From Marsupella aquatica (Eukaryota > Plantae > Marchantiophyta): 64,000 nt of DNA. Position numbers and translations under genes: made by a program. The stretch spans positions 3,090,131 to 3,154,130 of the forward strand of contig OZ316894.1 of assembly GCA_973895155.1 (NCBI GenBank), read 5' to 3'. Below, one piece after another: positions 13,201 through 26,732 of this stretch. Position 1 is the stretch's first letter. Every line of letters begins with the position of its first letter. Under the pieces are notes generated by a model, which searched no databases, was not told where the DNA came from, and was given only the letters and a program-made list of their open reading frames with translations.

Positions 13201-13564
13201 GAGATTGCCCAACACGAAAACGAAAGAAAAATCACAGCAGAATACCTTCGGGAACTAGGACCCTCAGTCTGTCGATTCGTCAGAACACTAAGCTAGAGGA
13301 CATAGTAATGCACGCATGAAATAAATCCTTGAGATGGGCATAGCCTTTACACAAGCTCTCAACGGTATGATGATAACTGATGCAGTGCGAGAAATGACTT
13401 GTGATTGAGATAGGACATAAAGGTCCATATATTTTACCAATAAGTGCACGAACATGGTTCATTTAACAGAAACTCAGTGTTGCCTACCCGGAATTGGATA
13501 CTTCGATTCGATGGTACAGTAAAAACGACCAGCTGGAAGTAACACAGAAATAAACCAGCGACCA

Positions 13565-13632
13565 GAGATTTTGTGTTGCAGTAGTAGGTTTTGCGATCAT
13601 TTGCGGTAACTAGAGCCCAATCAGTCGCTCCC
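13565..13632 (-). pseudogene. Isolated WW-domain exon fragment resembling PRP40C
   Basis: GATDWALVTANDRKTYYCNTK follows a cag acceptor; resembles my recollection of the plant PRP40C WW2 motif GTDWxLVTTNDGKxYYYNxKT. Confidence 0.5.
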
Positions 13633-14307
13633 TGTGACAATTAACAGACACAAAGATGCTTCTGAATGCCTACTAACTCCGAATATCACTGTATAGATAC
13701 TGTTCTCCAGGAAAATTCAGAACTTCGGGTCGATGTAATATGGTTTACAAATGTCATGTCTGGATCAGAATTTGAGAATATCATAACTCAGAAAGTGAAA
13801 ACTCCTGTATAAATCACTAGGTTGAGCGTTCCTAAGCATGAAAACGTCCAAACATGCCGGGACAAATTAACCCCACCATGCCAAGAGTCCAGAAATGGCC
13901 CTCACATATCATGAAACTTGGATTGGTTGTTCGAGAGAAATATTTACGTCAGAACTGATTATTTGATAGAATTTAAACTTGTATAAACTATCAATGTCAA
14001 TAATTTGAATGCAGACATACATCTGCAATATGAGGATCTCGTAGTGCTTTCCAAATTGAATCTTTCTGTTCCAATTTTTTCTTCCTTCATTGTCTGCATC
14101 ATGGACCCACTTGCATTCAGAATCGAGATCGAAGGTGACACTAGTACATTTTTGGGCCTTCATCCAACTCTCACTCCATCACATACCTTAACTTCAGAAA
14201 AGCCTTCAGAAAAGTTGCCAAAGAAGTTTTGAACATCCGACATAACTTCCTTTGCACTTTTCCATTCTGAGCATGTCAATTGCTTATTAAACAATTTACA
14301 GGACAAC

Positions 14308-14478
14308 TTATATATATTTCTTTATACTAAAATCATTTGTTATCGTATGACGGAAACGTGAAATTTATATGTATTTCTTTATACTAAAATCATTTGTTAT
14401 TGTATGATGGGAACGTGGAATTTATATGTATTTATTTATACTAAAATCATTTGTTATCGTATGACGGGAACGTGGAGG
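14308..14478. repeat. ~57-bp tandem repeat x3
   Basis: ttatatgtatttctttatactaaaatcatttgttatcgtatgacgggaacgtg repeated three times. Confidence 0.85.
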
Positions 14479-16457
14479 GATGCTATTCTGATTATAATGC
14501 ACGTAGTAAGGATGAGTATGTTTATTTTCGTTCCCGGAAATGTAATTTTTGATCAAGTATACCGACTAGTCTCTCTGCTTTTGATCAAGTCCCATGGACT
14601 ACACCACACTCCCTCCTGTTGATCGTTGGTGGAGTGTTGTCGATCACCACCCCTCTTACTCACATGGTCGACCCATCCATGCAATGATTCCTTAGAAATT
14701 TCTTGGGCAAAGATCACAATGATGACACAAAAAAGATAACACCACACCAAAACTTCAGGAATCAAACCAAATCCATATCTTTAGGTGAAAAATCGTAACA
14801 CATTGTAAGGACAACCCGGTCTTCTGTTGTCTGCCCAACTCCTGCCTCACTGGGACAAGTGTTACATCTGTACTTCACTACTCTAGCTTGATTCCCTCTT
14901 CTGGCTATGAGATAACTTCCATAAACAAACACTAGACTGAGTCCCCCACTGCACCTACCGGGGGCTGCCCTTAAATACAAAAAAACACCAAAGCACACAA
15001 ACCCTACAAGGGTGAGGCAATCACTGCCCTGGCTGGCTGCTACCTCCTAGCGGCGCCGCTAACTTCAAAATCTAACATGTGACACACACATATGTATCAC
15101 CAACCTATCCTATCCTAAGGGAGACCAACGGTACCTTTGACGGTGCCCACAGTTACCACTCCGCTAAACAAGGACTCATTGGAGTCCACCACCTTCTATC
15201 CTATCTATCTATCTTGTCTACCAACCTCAATCCTCCTGATCGGCACCACCGGTCACCATAAAAGGAGGGGCCCCTATAATTGTCAAAACTAAAATTTTAT
15301 CAGAATTCACTTCTGAAAACATATTTGAGGAGCCTTGCTCTTCCCGACCACAGATCCGTAAACGGCTCCCAAAACGGATCCCAAACGACCAAGATACGAT
15401 TGTTTATGTTTTTACGGTAATCGGGGCACTGTCTCCCTCCTCTCCATCCGTACAACATAGCACCCCGACTTCTAGTACAGAAGTCCATACGGCCTCAAAA
15501 CTCCCGTATTCTCAAAAAACTGCAATCCATTGTATCTCCTCCATCTTAGCTTTGTTTTGGCCGTGTGACACGTCGTTGGATTTGTCTCGGCGAGCTCTTT
15601 CCAACAAGCCCGTAAAATTAATCCTGATTCTGAGATGGTAAAAAATCTGATGTTTGTATGACCAGCGTTTGTACGCACATTGAAAGCAAGCATAACAAGG
15701 AAATGGTTTAGGGTTAAATAGGGATGGGTGGGAACCCCACAAGTGAGAAAAGAGAAAAATGGAAGGAAGAAAGCACAGAAGAAAGTGTGGGGGGCCCCTA
15801 CGAACTGCCCTTCCACGGAGTGCCCTTCTACGGAGTGGGGAAGCGAAAGAGACCAAAACCAGGTGAAAACCACACAAAGGGTGAAGGGGAAATGGAGCAC
15901 AAGTGTGGGAACCCCTTCCTTCTAAGGGCACTTCCACCATCACTACTAACTCCAAGATTGCCTAGTTTTGCCATTTTACGGGTATTGAGGTTGAATCTCA
16001 AGATGTCACTGTTTGCTACATATGTGAACTCAACTAGGGAACCCCAGTTTTGCATGGGGCTCATTGAAGGCTTCCTTTTTTACTTCCAATTCCCTTGAAT
16101 ATATGCTTTGATACCACCCATAGCACTGACTCTCACAGTACTTCAATCATAGAAAACTTTTAGTCAGGGTAGTGATTGAAAGAGGGATTGAAGGATAATT
16201 CATGATTATGTCGAGTCATTCATGTTTTGTGCATTTGTTTTGTTACTAACAACCAGATTATTTGGTCCCAATCTCCTCATCTTGGTGCAGCATTAGTAGA
16301 ACTTCTTACTTGAACATTCCAAACTAAACCTTCAATTCCACATTAAATTGCTGACCAAGGTGGATGGTGTCAGCATTTATGTGGCCGGGGAGTTGTTTCA
16401 AGAATATTGCTTGAAATTCAGGATAATGTATACTCTTACACAAAAGTTAGATTTTGA

Positions 16458-17610
16458 GAAAGGTCTATGACCTCAGACGCTGGGGTGGCAACACTCCGGA
16501 ATTTGCCTGACACAAGCTCAACAAGATCAGAGGTTTGGACCCGGAATTGGAGGCGCTGTGCATTTCCTTTGTGAGAAGAATCAGAAGGATCTCGGATGAC
16601 AAAGAGGCTGGTTCTTTAGCAACATGCTGGATCTGGGCGGACAAAAAGGAGAGAATGAGCAAATTTGCCCTGCCTAATGCTAGAGCATACCAACTCCTGC
16701 GCACGAAAGGTTATGACTTTACTAGGCTCAACAGAATCTGGTCACTTCATCTCTCTGATCTAGAATGGAGCAAACTTTGGCACTCACTATGGGCGTCTGA
16801 TCTCCCCACGAAGTCTCGCACATTTCTCTGGAGAGTTATTGCACAAGGGCTCTTCACTAACATACGGGCTTTGCGGATGGGTAAGAGTGATGGTACTTGT
16901 GGTCTGTGCCGTAATGCTCCTGAGAGTATACCCCACATTTTCTTTACATGCAAGCTTGCTGCCAAAGGTTGGGATTTGGTTGCCAGGACTTTTCCAGATT
17001 TGATCACTTGGCCAGCAGTTGATCTGAGAGTTCTAATGGAGGCATTTCAGGGCCACAGCCTAGCTTGTTCACTGATCGTTTTCATGGCGTATCAAGTACT
17101 CTGGCACATTTGGCTTGCTCGGAATGACAGTGTATTCAATAATGGCAGAAGTAGATGTTTTGACCTGTTGAAGATATTTACGGAGGTCATTGATCAACTC
17201 CATGGACTGTGTGAGGATTTAGGCCCCTGCAATACGCGCACACGGTTGCTGCGGATCAAGGAGGAAATTATTAAGGAATGCTTGAACTGGGCCCCCCGGG
17301 CGGAGGCTCGGTTCTCCTCTTCCTCCTGACTTCCTACTTCAGTCCTAGCCCACTAGACTTAGACTTTTTGTGCCTCACTAGTGGGATGCATTAGATAGAA
17401 CCGGTATCTAGGGCTTAGCATGGTTGCTGATACCTTCTGGCCTTCTCACCCTGTGGCTCCTTGCCCGGGGTTTCTTTGGTATGAGCTCTCTAGGTTTTAG
17501 TTGGTCTTTTGTCACCTGTCTGCCCGGCGTGGGCTCCTATGCTGCCTGTTTGGCCCCCTTTCCCGTAGGGTTTTGCGGGTTTTATTTAAATGAAAAAAAA
17601 GGAAAAAAAA
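16458..17610 (+). mobile_element. 5'-truncated L1-type LINE, 3' end of ORF2
   Basis: ORF 16535-17329 with zf-RVT motif (K.RTFLWR..C..C...ES..H.FF.C; IWLARN..VFN); poly-A at 17593-17614; 16-bp TSD aaaagttagattttga (16442-16457, 17611-17626). Confidence 0.92.
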
Positions 17611-18339
17611 AAAAGTTAGATTTTGATTGAAACTGTGATAGATAATTCCCAAGCAGAGCGAGGCCTAACAGCAAATGCGAGGACCTCATGATTCACATGA
17701 TGTTATGATATTTTCAATTTATGAGTATTTCACAGTTATGTTAGTGAAACGGGAAAGTAACACTTAGAATGTTTGGCTTAGGCTTAGATATCAAACTCAG
17801 GGTGTATACCGCAAAATAATGATCATTCACTCCTAAATGGTGGTTGTAGGCTGGTTCTCCAAATATTTTGACATAAGGAGAACTAAATAAGGGGCATTTT
17901 ATTCATTGTTAGGGATTTACTTAGAAGTAGGGACGAACTAAGTATTAAATAAGTGTCAAATGTCATCACACGATTGTTTGTATGCATGTGTCAATAAATA
18001 ATTGGGGATTTTCTTTAGCTTCCTATTCATTTGGAAGGAGTTAGTTTAAGTGTGGACAATTTGATGAGGTGAACACCCCAAGAGTTTTTCATCATTAAAT
18101 CCAGAGAGTTAAACTCCATCTGATTAGTTTTCATTGTGTATCTAATATAAAATATTTGGGTTTGTGTTTTTTTTAACCTCTCCTCTTTAGTTCTCTAGTT
18201 GCCTTGAAGGTGCAAAACTATAAATTATTTTAGTACTCATAATTACCCAAACTCCCATGAACCACCAAAATGTGATCCAATGGAGCACTGTGTTCACAAC
18301 ACGGTGGTCATGTGTATTCCAGTTGATCGAAATAACAAA

Positions 18340-21300
18340 CTAGAGACCCCTGTTTACCCACCAACCGTGTGGGACTGACGTATATAACTCGGGAGAACAA
18401 AAACCGTACAAAGCTGCTTTCTTCACATGGTAGCAAGCTGGAAACGAGCTCATTTCTCCTGCTACAATTTCACAATCAGTTTACAAGTTGGATGATCTCG
18501 ACAAGCATTTGGACGATGGCAACAACCATCGTCAATGTTCATCACTGATCCACGTCCTCGCGAGTTTCGTTAAATGGTAACGGGATTCCGCCGGGACAGA
18601 AAGTCACTTCGTAGTCTGAACCGGTCCCGCAGCTGAAGGTGGAATTGATGTCATCCATAGGGTAACTATATGTATCAGGGCAAGCTGCCTTGAACAACCT
18701 AGTGTTGGAAGTAGGCCCTATGCCATTCGCACCATCAGTGTTGATGCATGTCAAAGGCACAGGAAGAAACGTATTGTTGCCCTGACAGAAGATCTGCAGA
18801 ACATTCATTCACATCGGGACACAAATTCGTCAATATCGAAACTAAGGCAAAACGAAAGTCTGTGGTAGAAGTTTTGTTTTCAGCATGGAAATCACATCCT
18901 CAAGACCTCCAGTGGTTACTGATTAAGAATCCCTGAAAACGCATGACACAGTATATTCTTTACAATTGGTGGCTGAACCTCGGAGTCTAATGTGGTGGGA
19001 GTTAACCTGATATCGTTGATGACGCATGCAATAGTGCCACACCTGGGAGTGTCAAGTTTTTCCAGTTCTCCTTCAACAGGAGTGGTGACAACAATGCTCA
19101 ATCCGATGTTATATGCATTCTGAATACCACAAACCACATAGTTACATGATCGTTTGAGTTGCTTCGGATACCTGGAGCTTCTCATATATCTGCGAAGACA
19201 TGAAATTAATTTGAGTACATTGCTTTTGGACGGTGAACCTTAAACCGCCTGAACAAGAATTCTAGATAATCACTTTTCTCGAGTTGTCATCAGTTCAAAA
19301 CATATGAAATTGTATGATGTACATCTTAAGGATGGATTGGATGGAAGTACTGATACTGTTATTCTGATACAAACTAAGTTAACGGTCCAATTCGAGTGCT
19401 TCATGTACTCACAACGGTGCTCAAGTCATAGAAATCGCCGCCACTAGTCCCAATCGTAAATTCCGCCAAGTCGGCGAGATTCCTATCTATAGCAGCGCTG
19501 GGACTACCAGATACAGCACATTGGCCGCCGCCGGAAGCCCAGATGGCTCCCGCTGGCCACTGGCAGGCGCTTCCAAAGTCAAGAAACTGCTGTGCACCTG
19601 CTCCCAATTGGTATTGGCTGATTGGATTGTTTGAGCTTTGAGCACAAGCCGTGACCCCGTAGGAGCAACTGTTTACGATGTTTATTCCGCAACCTATACA
19701 TCAAACAGCTTTTATCAGTGTCAGCATTGGGATTGTACAGCACCAATTACAATCCTTCTCCACCCAGAAATAGGCACTGAACAACTCCTAGATGTACGAC
19801 GGGCTAGGCCTGGGTGTCACATCAAGAGATTGTAACACATGAACGACGTGTGACGTCGACTGAGTGGACTTCAAGGCTGGAAATGAGGGATCTCGACTTT
19901 GTTGATCTACGTACTGGACCCATTATTTTCCAATTTTCTCTCAATTCACTCCTTACATGCATTGACCTGCAGTACTTCCCTTGCCTGTAATAACGAGGCG
20001 ACTTCTAGACATGCTAGCTTGCCTTAATTTGTCAAGTTCATATGTACCATGCACCCACACATGTAGACGTCACTGCAAATCATGTTATCGATCTAGCGAG
20101 GGAACGAACTGTAGTACTGGGCCGGCAACACAACTGACTGTACATGCTTCTATTTATACCATCCAATGAATTAAGCATGCGGAAAGCTGCAATGTCGAAA
20201 TGAATGTGGATAAAACCAGACTAATTAGTACTAGACCATGATTACATTGCAAAGTATTGCAAAGTGAATTTCACATGTACTGATCGACCTTGAACGACAT
20301 TGATGTGTACTGAAGCAAACGTGAGCACCGCCAAAAGGCTCATCAGGAGAGCAACAGCCATGTTTTCAAGATTTTGTGCTCACTTGAGATACTTGACTGC
20401 TACATATGAGACTAAACTCTAAACTCACCGAAGGTCGTCCTTGTCTAAACACTTTTTCAGTTCTTTAGCTTTTCCTCCTATCCACCCTACGTACAGGCCT
20501 TTTATCCAAGGTTTTGCAGAAGGGTTTTTTTTATTTGTCGCGAAAGAAGTTTTGCTTCAGAGTAGCACTCAACACTAAGACAAGTTCAGGTGGAAGCCAA
20601 TCTGTTTCAACATTCTAGAAGCGGCTAGAATATGCTTAATTAAAGCCTCCTGACCATGTTCCACCTCAGGGTCTTGAAGTACCGGCGGGAGCATCGATCG
20701 ATGACCTCCTAAAGCGAAGCCAGGTGAAGTCTGAAGTAATTAAAGAATAATAGCGTAACACTAAGAGTATGCAAAGTGTTTTAAGATTGTGTTAGAGGGT
20801 TCATAATGCGACACCCTGGGACTACGAGTGTGACCTGCCCGGTTGTCTACGAGTTCCTAGCGTTAATTACTAATTAAACAGCTCTGGGATGTCACTGCTG
20901 CATTAGCTTGCGTAGACCAGTGTACTCCCAGTTGACTCAAGATTTTTTAACAATCTTTTATGAATTTGGGTGCATCCTGAATCTTTAGAGACTTTGGGTG
21001 CATCGTGACTGAATCTTTTGATCATGATCCTTGGGGAACCTAAATATATAGAACACTTCTACTGTACGTTGATCAGGAGCCTGAGCAGAGACAGTGGTTT
21101 ATTTTGGCCACGACGGTCGGTGGACTGGGCCTCATGAGGTGGCCATTGAAAATCCTGTTACTCCTGCCCCACTCAAGCCTCCCAGAGAGCGAATCGCATA
21201 AGCTAGAGATATACGGATATATGTTCAGATTAATTGGAACTGCCCCCATAGCATTATTTTGATCGAGGAAGCGTGGGAGATCGTGATATAGCGTGAGGTC

Positions 21301-24300
21301 AGTAGTCGTACGTCGCGTGATCAGAGTGATAACCAGTAGTAGGTCAATGCCGGCAGTCAAACGAGCCACTAGCGCATATCCTGTTGGCTACTCTGGATAG
21401 AATGATAGTACCGTGATTGCCACTCTCCAGAGACTCAGTGCATATAGGCCGAATTTGAAATTCACTAGTCAGATGAATTTCTATTTGTGCTTTTTTACTT
21501 AAAAGCCACCTCAAATTCTGGGTAACATCTGGCACAGAATGCGCTCATACAGGCTAGGAGGGCATTCATGATCACAGAATTAATGTAGACATTGCTATTG
21601 CCAATACATCCGAGCTTCACTGGATTTTGTTAATTACTTCACCTCGAGGAGAAAGGTGGCTTATATGTATACAGCCGCTAAATACGCGTACTCGTTCTTT
21701 AGCTCGTTGAACGTTATTTATTATTCCATTCGAAACTACACAAAGCTGGTGTGCGTAGCGGAGCTGTTGTGAACAGATTCACTTGCAATATGACTGGATC
21801 GAGTGGTCTCAGGAAATGAAGGGACCGTGCCTGTGAAACATTGTTCGAGCCTAGTTTTCTTCCGTATTATAATTATAAGATTTGATATATTGCATTGGAA
21901 ATCCTAGGCTATTCTCAAAGGAACTGAACCACAGCCTAAATAAATCTCGTTGTTTCTCACGGCTTTCAAGGAAATCGTAGAGTTTCAATCGATCGATGTT
22001 GTAGACAAAGCCAACACTGGATCAACCTTTCAAATGAATGCTTTCCAAATATGTTGCAATGAACTTTTGGCCACCGTACTAGTCCCAAATTTTAAAGACG
22101 TAAATTGACAGTCAACTTTTCAAATGAATGCTGCCAGCACATTCAAGACTGCATCTAATCCTTTCAACATGTTGCTGAATCCAATGTTGCAATGAAGTTT
22201 TGGCCGCCGTAGTAGTTTCAAATTTTAACGAGGTAATTAAATTGCACATCTCGAGTACCCCAAGTACGAGCTCATGATCTACAGTCAAAGCTTCCTCGGA
22301 AAAAACTCCAGTGCAGCTAACCCCTTCCATTGGATTAACGAGTACTCCGATGAACAGTAGCTTTCCAAGGGATGAGAATAGGATCCACTGCCGAATTGAC
22401 TGTTATATAGCCTGTAAGAAGTCTGAAATGAGAGTGGACCTTTCCAAAGTGAATTGTCCTCAACAACCCTCCAATTTATTGTATCATTCTGAGGCAGTGT
22501 ATTTACTCATTTGACCGTAACTATTATCTGAAACCAGCTGTTTCTAGAGGGTACCATGTCCCGAATGCTTTAGGCTGGGCGAGGAGCCGGCTTGTGGGCC
22601 AAACTTTATAATTCATTGAAAACATGACCATCACTTGGGGCGGTCAGTGCACCAACATCCGCACTAAAAAGTGCTCAGTACGTGCTACATGGTCGGGCCC
22701 CTTCAAGAATTGTTGGCACCGATTCAAAACTCCACTGATAATGTTGCAGTGGACCAAGGGCATGTGTTGAGACCCATCTCCAACTGAAAACCCCCTGGAT
22801 TATATTAACACCAAAGAACTGGGGTTTCAGTCAGGGTCATGCACCGACAGAAATTTCTGGCAGCAGCTGACTAGAGAAATTTCCGTCCGTGAGAAATTTC
22901 CGTCCGTGACCCTTTTTGAAGCCTAAGTAATCAAATTCACGAATGACTGGAAAAGTCATTAAATCTGTCAATGATAGGCTCATTAAAACATAGCTGAACA
23001 TCACTGGTTAGGGCCTGGTTTTGGATACTTAGGGGAACTAATGGAGCACTTTATTAAGAATGCTATCCATCCAACACAAGGTGGGATAAACAACTCATGA
23101 ACCGTCCACCACTGCCTAGATACAATATATAAACTTCAAATGACAGGTTGGCAAATGAATGACCTAAACAAGCTGGACACCCAGCGCCAGCACTTGTCCT
23201 TTGTCGGAGGTGGACAGCCCCTTCTTAGGCACTCCTTCCGTCTTTCTCTGCTTGACTTCCAAAGCTTTTCAGTGTTGTGCCCAACAGGGAGCGCCTTACT
23301 TTACACTGCTAATTGGTTTGGTTTTTATTATTTCTTTATGTTGTTGCGGGTTGTTCGGGTCTCACTGGCCTTGTTGCCTCTTTGGTCTTCTTGGGATAGT
23401 CCCCTGTTTGCCTTGCTTTATTGGGACTTTTGCCTTTTTGCCTCTTTCGAATCAATTATTGGGATAGTCCTCTTTTTGCCCCACTCAATTGGGTCTCTTG
23501 CCTTCTGGATTGTGCCTCTCGTTGTCTCCCAGTTTGGTGTGTTTGTTCTTTTGCATAATTGTAATCTTACTATAAAGGTGCCAACTGAAGCCTGCTCTTG
23601 AGGGCCTAGGTCTAGAATGAAACCTTTGTAACTCCCAATACAGACAAAATTGATAATGAGTTTCAATAAGGTCAACATTTTTAATGAAAATTGACAAAAA
23701 TGACATTAAGTAACTCTAAATAAAGATAAAACTGAAATGAGGATGAACAAAAAACAAGGATGAGGCAAAGACTACTTAAGCAAAATATCATTTAAATTTT
23801 ATTGGGCAAGATGTTTCTTCATATCTATTTACTTTCCTTGAACGGGTCATGGGGCTAGTATATACTATCTAAATTAAGGGGTCAGTGAAGATCTCAAGAA
23901 AAAAGTAAAATTATAGTTTGTCTTATAGTGTTTACTCCTCAAAAAGATTCTGACCTTGCAAAGAATATTAACATTCGGATCCAACATTGGATGAGTTTTT
24001 GCTCAGCCAGGTTAAAGCAAGAATAATTTACTTTTGGGTGACTTACCGGTGACCTCTCCTAAATGCTCAGGGTCTCACAAAGTGTTAGCCACACTATTGA
24101 AGACTGGGTCTTTTAAAACCCCCTGTCATTTTTCTAATAAACAAGATTTTAGCATGTAAAAGATTGTGATTCCCTTTCAAAAAAGTAGTGGACCTTTTAT
24201 GTATTTCTTTCATAACTATTTAAGGTACACGTAAGTAAGTCACTCAAATCCAAAGTTAGGGAACAAAATTGCCAAGGGAAGTTAAAACGGGAGGGGCTGG
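18340..24300. repeat. Segmental duplication, copy B
   Basis: Collinear with 2820-10200; lacks the solo LTR and foldback insertions of copy A. Confidence 0.85.
18542..19800 (-). CDS. Thaumatin-like protein copy 2, possible pseudogene; exons 19693-19413, 19119-19007 (or 18979), 18793-18542
   Basis: Same exon structure and motifs as copy 1 (LAEFTI, DFYDLSTV/NAYNIGL, FKAACPDTYSYPMDD, YEVTFCP), but a 1-bp deletion at the start of the last exon. Confidence 0.75.
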
Positions 24301-25224
24301 CATTATCCTGTTGGAAGCCTTTATTTCTCACACCTATGGGAAGAGATAACATATCTCCAGGCATCTCTCTCATCATGGAATTTCAATTAAACCACACCTG
24401 CCAATATAAAAGCCCCATTCCATGTCTCACTACTCACCATAAAAGGTGGAACACTCGGCACCTTTTGTGGAGCACTAACCTTCCCAAATAAAGGTTTTAC
24501 ACTCGAACCAGTCACCTTTTGTGGAGCTCAAAGCCCATTTCTGAACCTATGCACTTGCAATGAGTAACTGGTAGCCCTTTATAGGGGCAGTTGTGGTTTA
24601 AATTTTAGTTGATTATAGGATTAAATTACCATAATTTGATAAAATTGGGCAAGATTGAAAAACAAATATAAAGCTACAAGCAAAAAACCCACTGGACACC
24701 CCTCGAAGGACTTCACCAAAGCCCCGCCATTTCTCATGCACACAATCATGAGAAAAACAGAAATCCCATACGACCCTACCCAAGTGCATTACACATTTAC
24801 CCATTTCAAAGTAGGCTCTAACCCTCCCCCACATGCATGGACTTCAATGTCCTGTTGAACTTGGGGTATATCTGAACTCCTTCATGGTTAGAGTACAGTT
24901 TTTCAATGTGATACACCAGTTGAGGATAGGTTTCTCATCGTTGTGCGTTGATCTTAATTTGAATAGTTACGTTTGCCACTGTAGTATTCTATTTATTCTT
25001 GCTTCCAGAGGATTATCATGAATAGTAGTATTCCTTGTAGAGTTTCTGTACAAAGACTGGGTTTCTCCTTCAGCCATTTTATGGTAGAGCGTTTCTCTCA
25101 ATCCAGAGTGTACTGTTTCGAAATTCTTAGTTACATAATTATATAGAACTGTGGAATCCTTTTCTCTGTGGCTATTGCCTTTAATTTTCTGACCTCATTT
25201 TAATTTTAATGCCTAGCGCGCAGT

Positions 25225-25585
25225 TCTGGGCTGGACCTGATGGGAAAAGAAAGGAGCCAGAGAGCATTCATTTGTATTACTTGTCAATTCTATGGAGAAT
25301 ATGCAGCATGTCCTGTGCTGCACCAGGCTTTGTTTCTGTAATTGAGTGAATATGTATGAAATGTTCATACTCGATCAGGTATATATTAGTACCACTGTCT
25401 AAATTATTAGATTTTATTTATTCCTGATCGATTCCTACTTGCCAGAGTGTATTAGTACGTGATGAGAGTTGCTAAGTGTATTATTCGTACAATTATCTGC
25501 TGAATTTTCATTGTCTTGGCTTTCTGCCTTTGGAATTGCCATTTGAGAAGAATGCAGGATATCAAGCTTTGATCCAATATCCAGG
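25225..25585 (+). pseudogene. Degenerate two-exon fragment of a polypyrimidine tract-binding protein gene (PTB1/2-like)
   Basis: GPDGKRKEPES..MENMQH (~25230-25310) and FEKNAGYQALIQYP followed by a GT donor (~25540-25585) match recalled plant PTB motifs; frameshifted, rest of gene not visible. Confidence 0.6.
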
Positions 25586-26701
25586 TGCGTACTCAATCAA
25601 GAACTCTGAACAGCATGTACGTAAACCAGTCCTTAGAATCTTTCTCCTTCATTACTTTATTATGTAGTTCTGCTAATTATTTTGTGAGAGGTGACTGTAT
25701 GAGTTATAGAGGCCGTCCTGGTTTCTCTGCCACCCGCGCCTATCATGTAGTAATTATAATTAATATGCTCTCAAAAGTCCCAAAGTTTTGCGAAGCTTAA
25801 TTAGAAGAAATCCCTTCAATTACGTACATTCCTGTGATGTATCCATTGTACACAGCTCGATTTGCACGTTGAACTTTGTGACTACTCCCTTGTCAAGATT
25901 ATTTTGATTTACTTTGATTTAACTGCCGCAGGGTTTTGCACTTAAAACCTAGACAGGATAATGGTGCAATATATATCGGATTATATGTAACAGCGCAAAA
26001 CTGTCCGACACCCATGTTGGAATTGTGGCATAATCTTGTTTGAACGTGAATTATTGGCGAAACGGAGAACTTTCCTAGTACTCTGAATGTGTGACTATTT
26101 CCCAACCTACTTTGAGGTGGCCAAATATAGGAAGTTTTATGTCTGAACTGTCCGTTTCCAAGCTTTGAGGTGGCTAAATATGGGAGTTTAATGGGTGTGG
26201 GCCTCCATAGACTTCCTTCCCTCGGGAGAAGAAGGCACGGAGGCCTCTGGAGCATTCAAGAGGGGGAGGAGATTTTTGCCAGGGAGTCTATGGAGGCCTT
26301 CTGCCAGGGCACGAGGCCCTACTATGCTGCACTAAGAAGAGGAGGGGGCTTAACTGTCTGTTTTCCAAGATTTTGGCAAAAATGTGAGTTTTCTACACTC
26401 TCAGGCATTTCTCGAATTCTCAGTAATGCGTGTAGATGGTAGACGGACACACATAAAATCATCTAATTAAGTCCAGGGCGCGAGCTCACACTCCGATGCT
26501 CTCAGGTTCGATCGGGTTTCAGTTGCAAGCCATCAATTGTTTTTCTGCATTCGTTAACTTTTCTTTGTACAAGAGTAGGGAAATGTCCTACTACATAACT
26601 CAACCTAGAGATCCGGACAATTTTCACACATTGTGCGTTTCCCTGCTTTAGTGTTAATCTAACAGGGAAAACGGCTCTGAAGTGTGAAACTTGCCAACGT
26701 G

Positions 26702-26732
26702 GGAGGGCGACAATGTTGCATTGTCGCCCTCC
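26702..26732. other. Perfect hairpin, 14-bp stem and 3-nt loop
   Basis: ggagggcgacaatg-ttg-cattgtcgccctcc. Confidence 0.8.

Noticed and set aside
14770-16100. Possible LTR or other TE remnant with several overlapping ORFs
   Set aside because: No paired termini, TSD or protein motif could be established by eye
23140-23601. 153-aa hydrophobic ORF
   Set aside because: T-rich low-complexity sequence; the paralogous block at ~9300-9700 has no matching ORF
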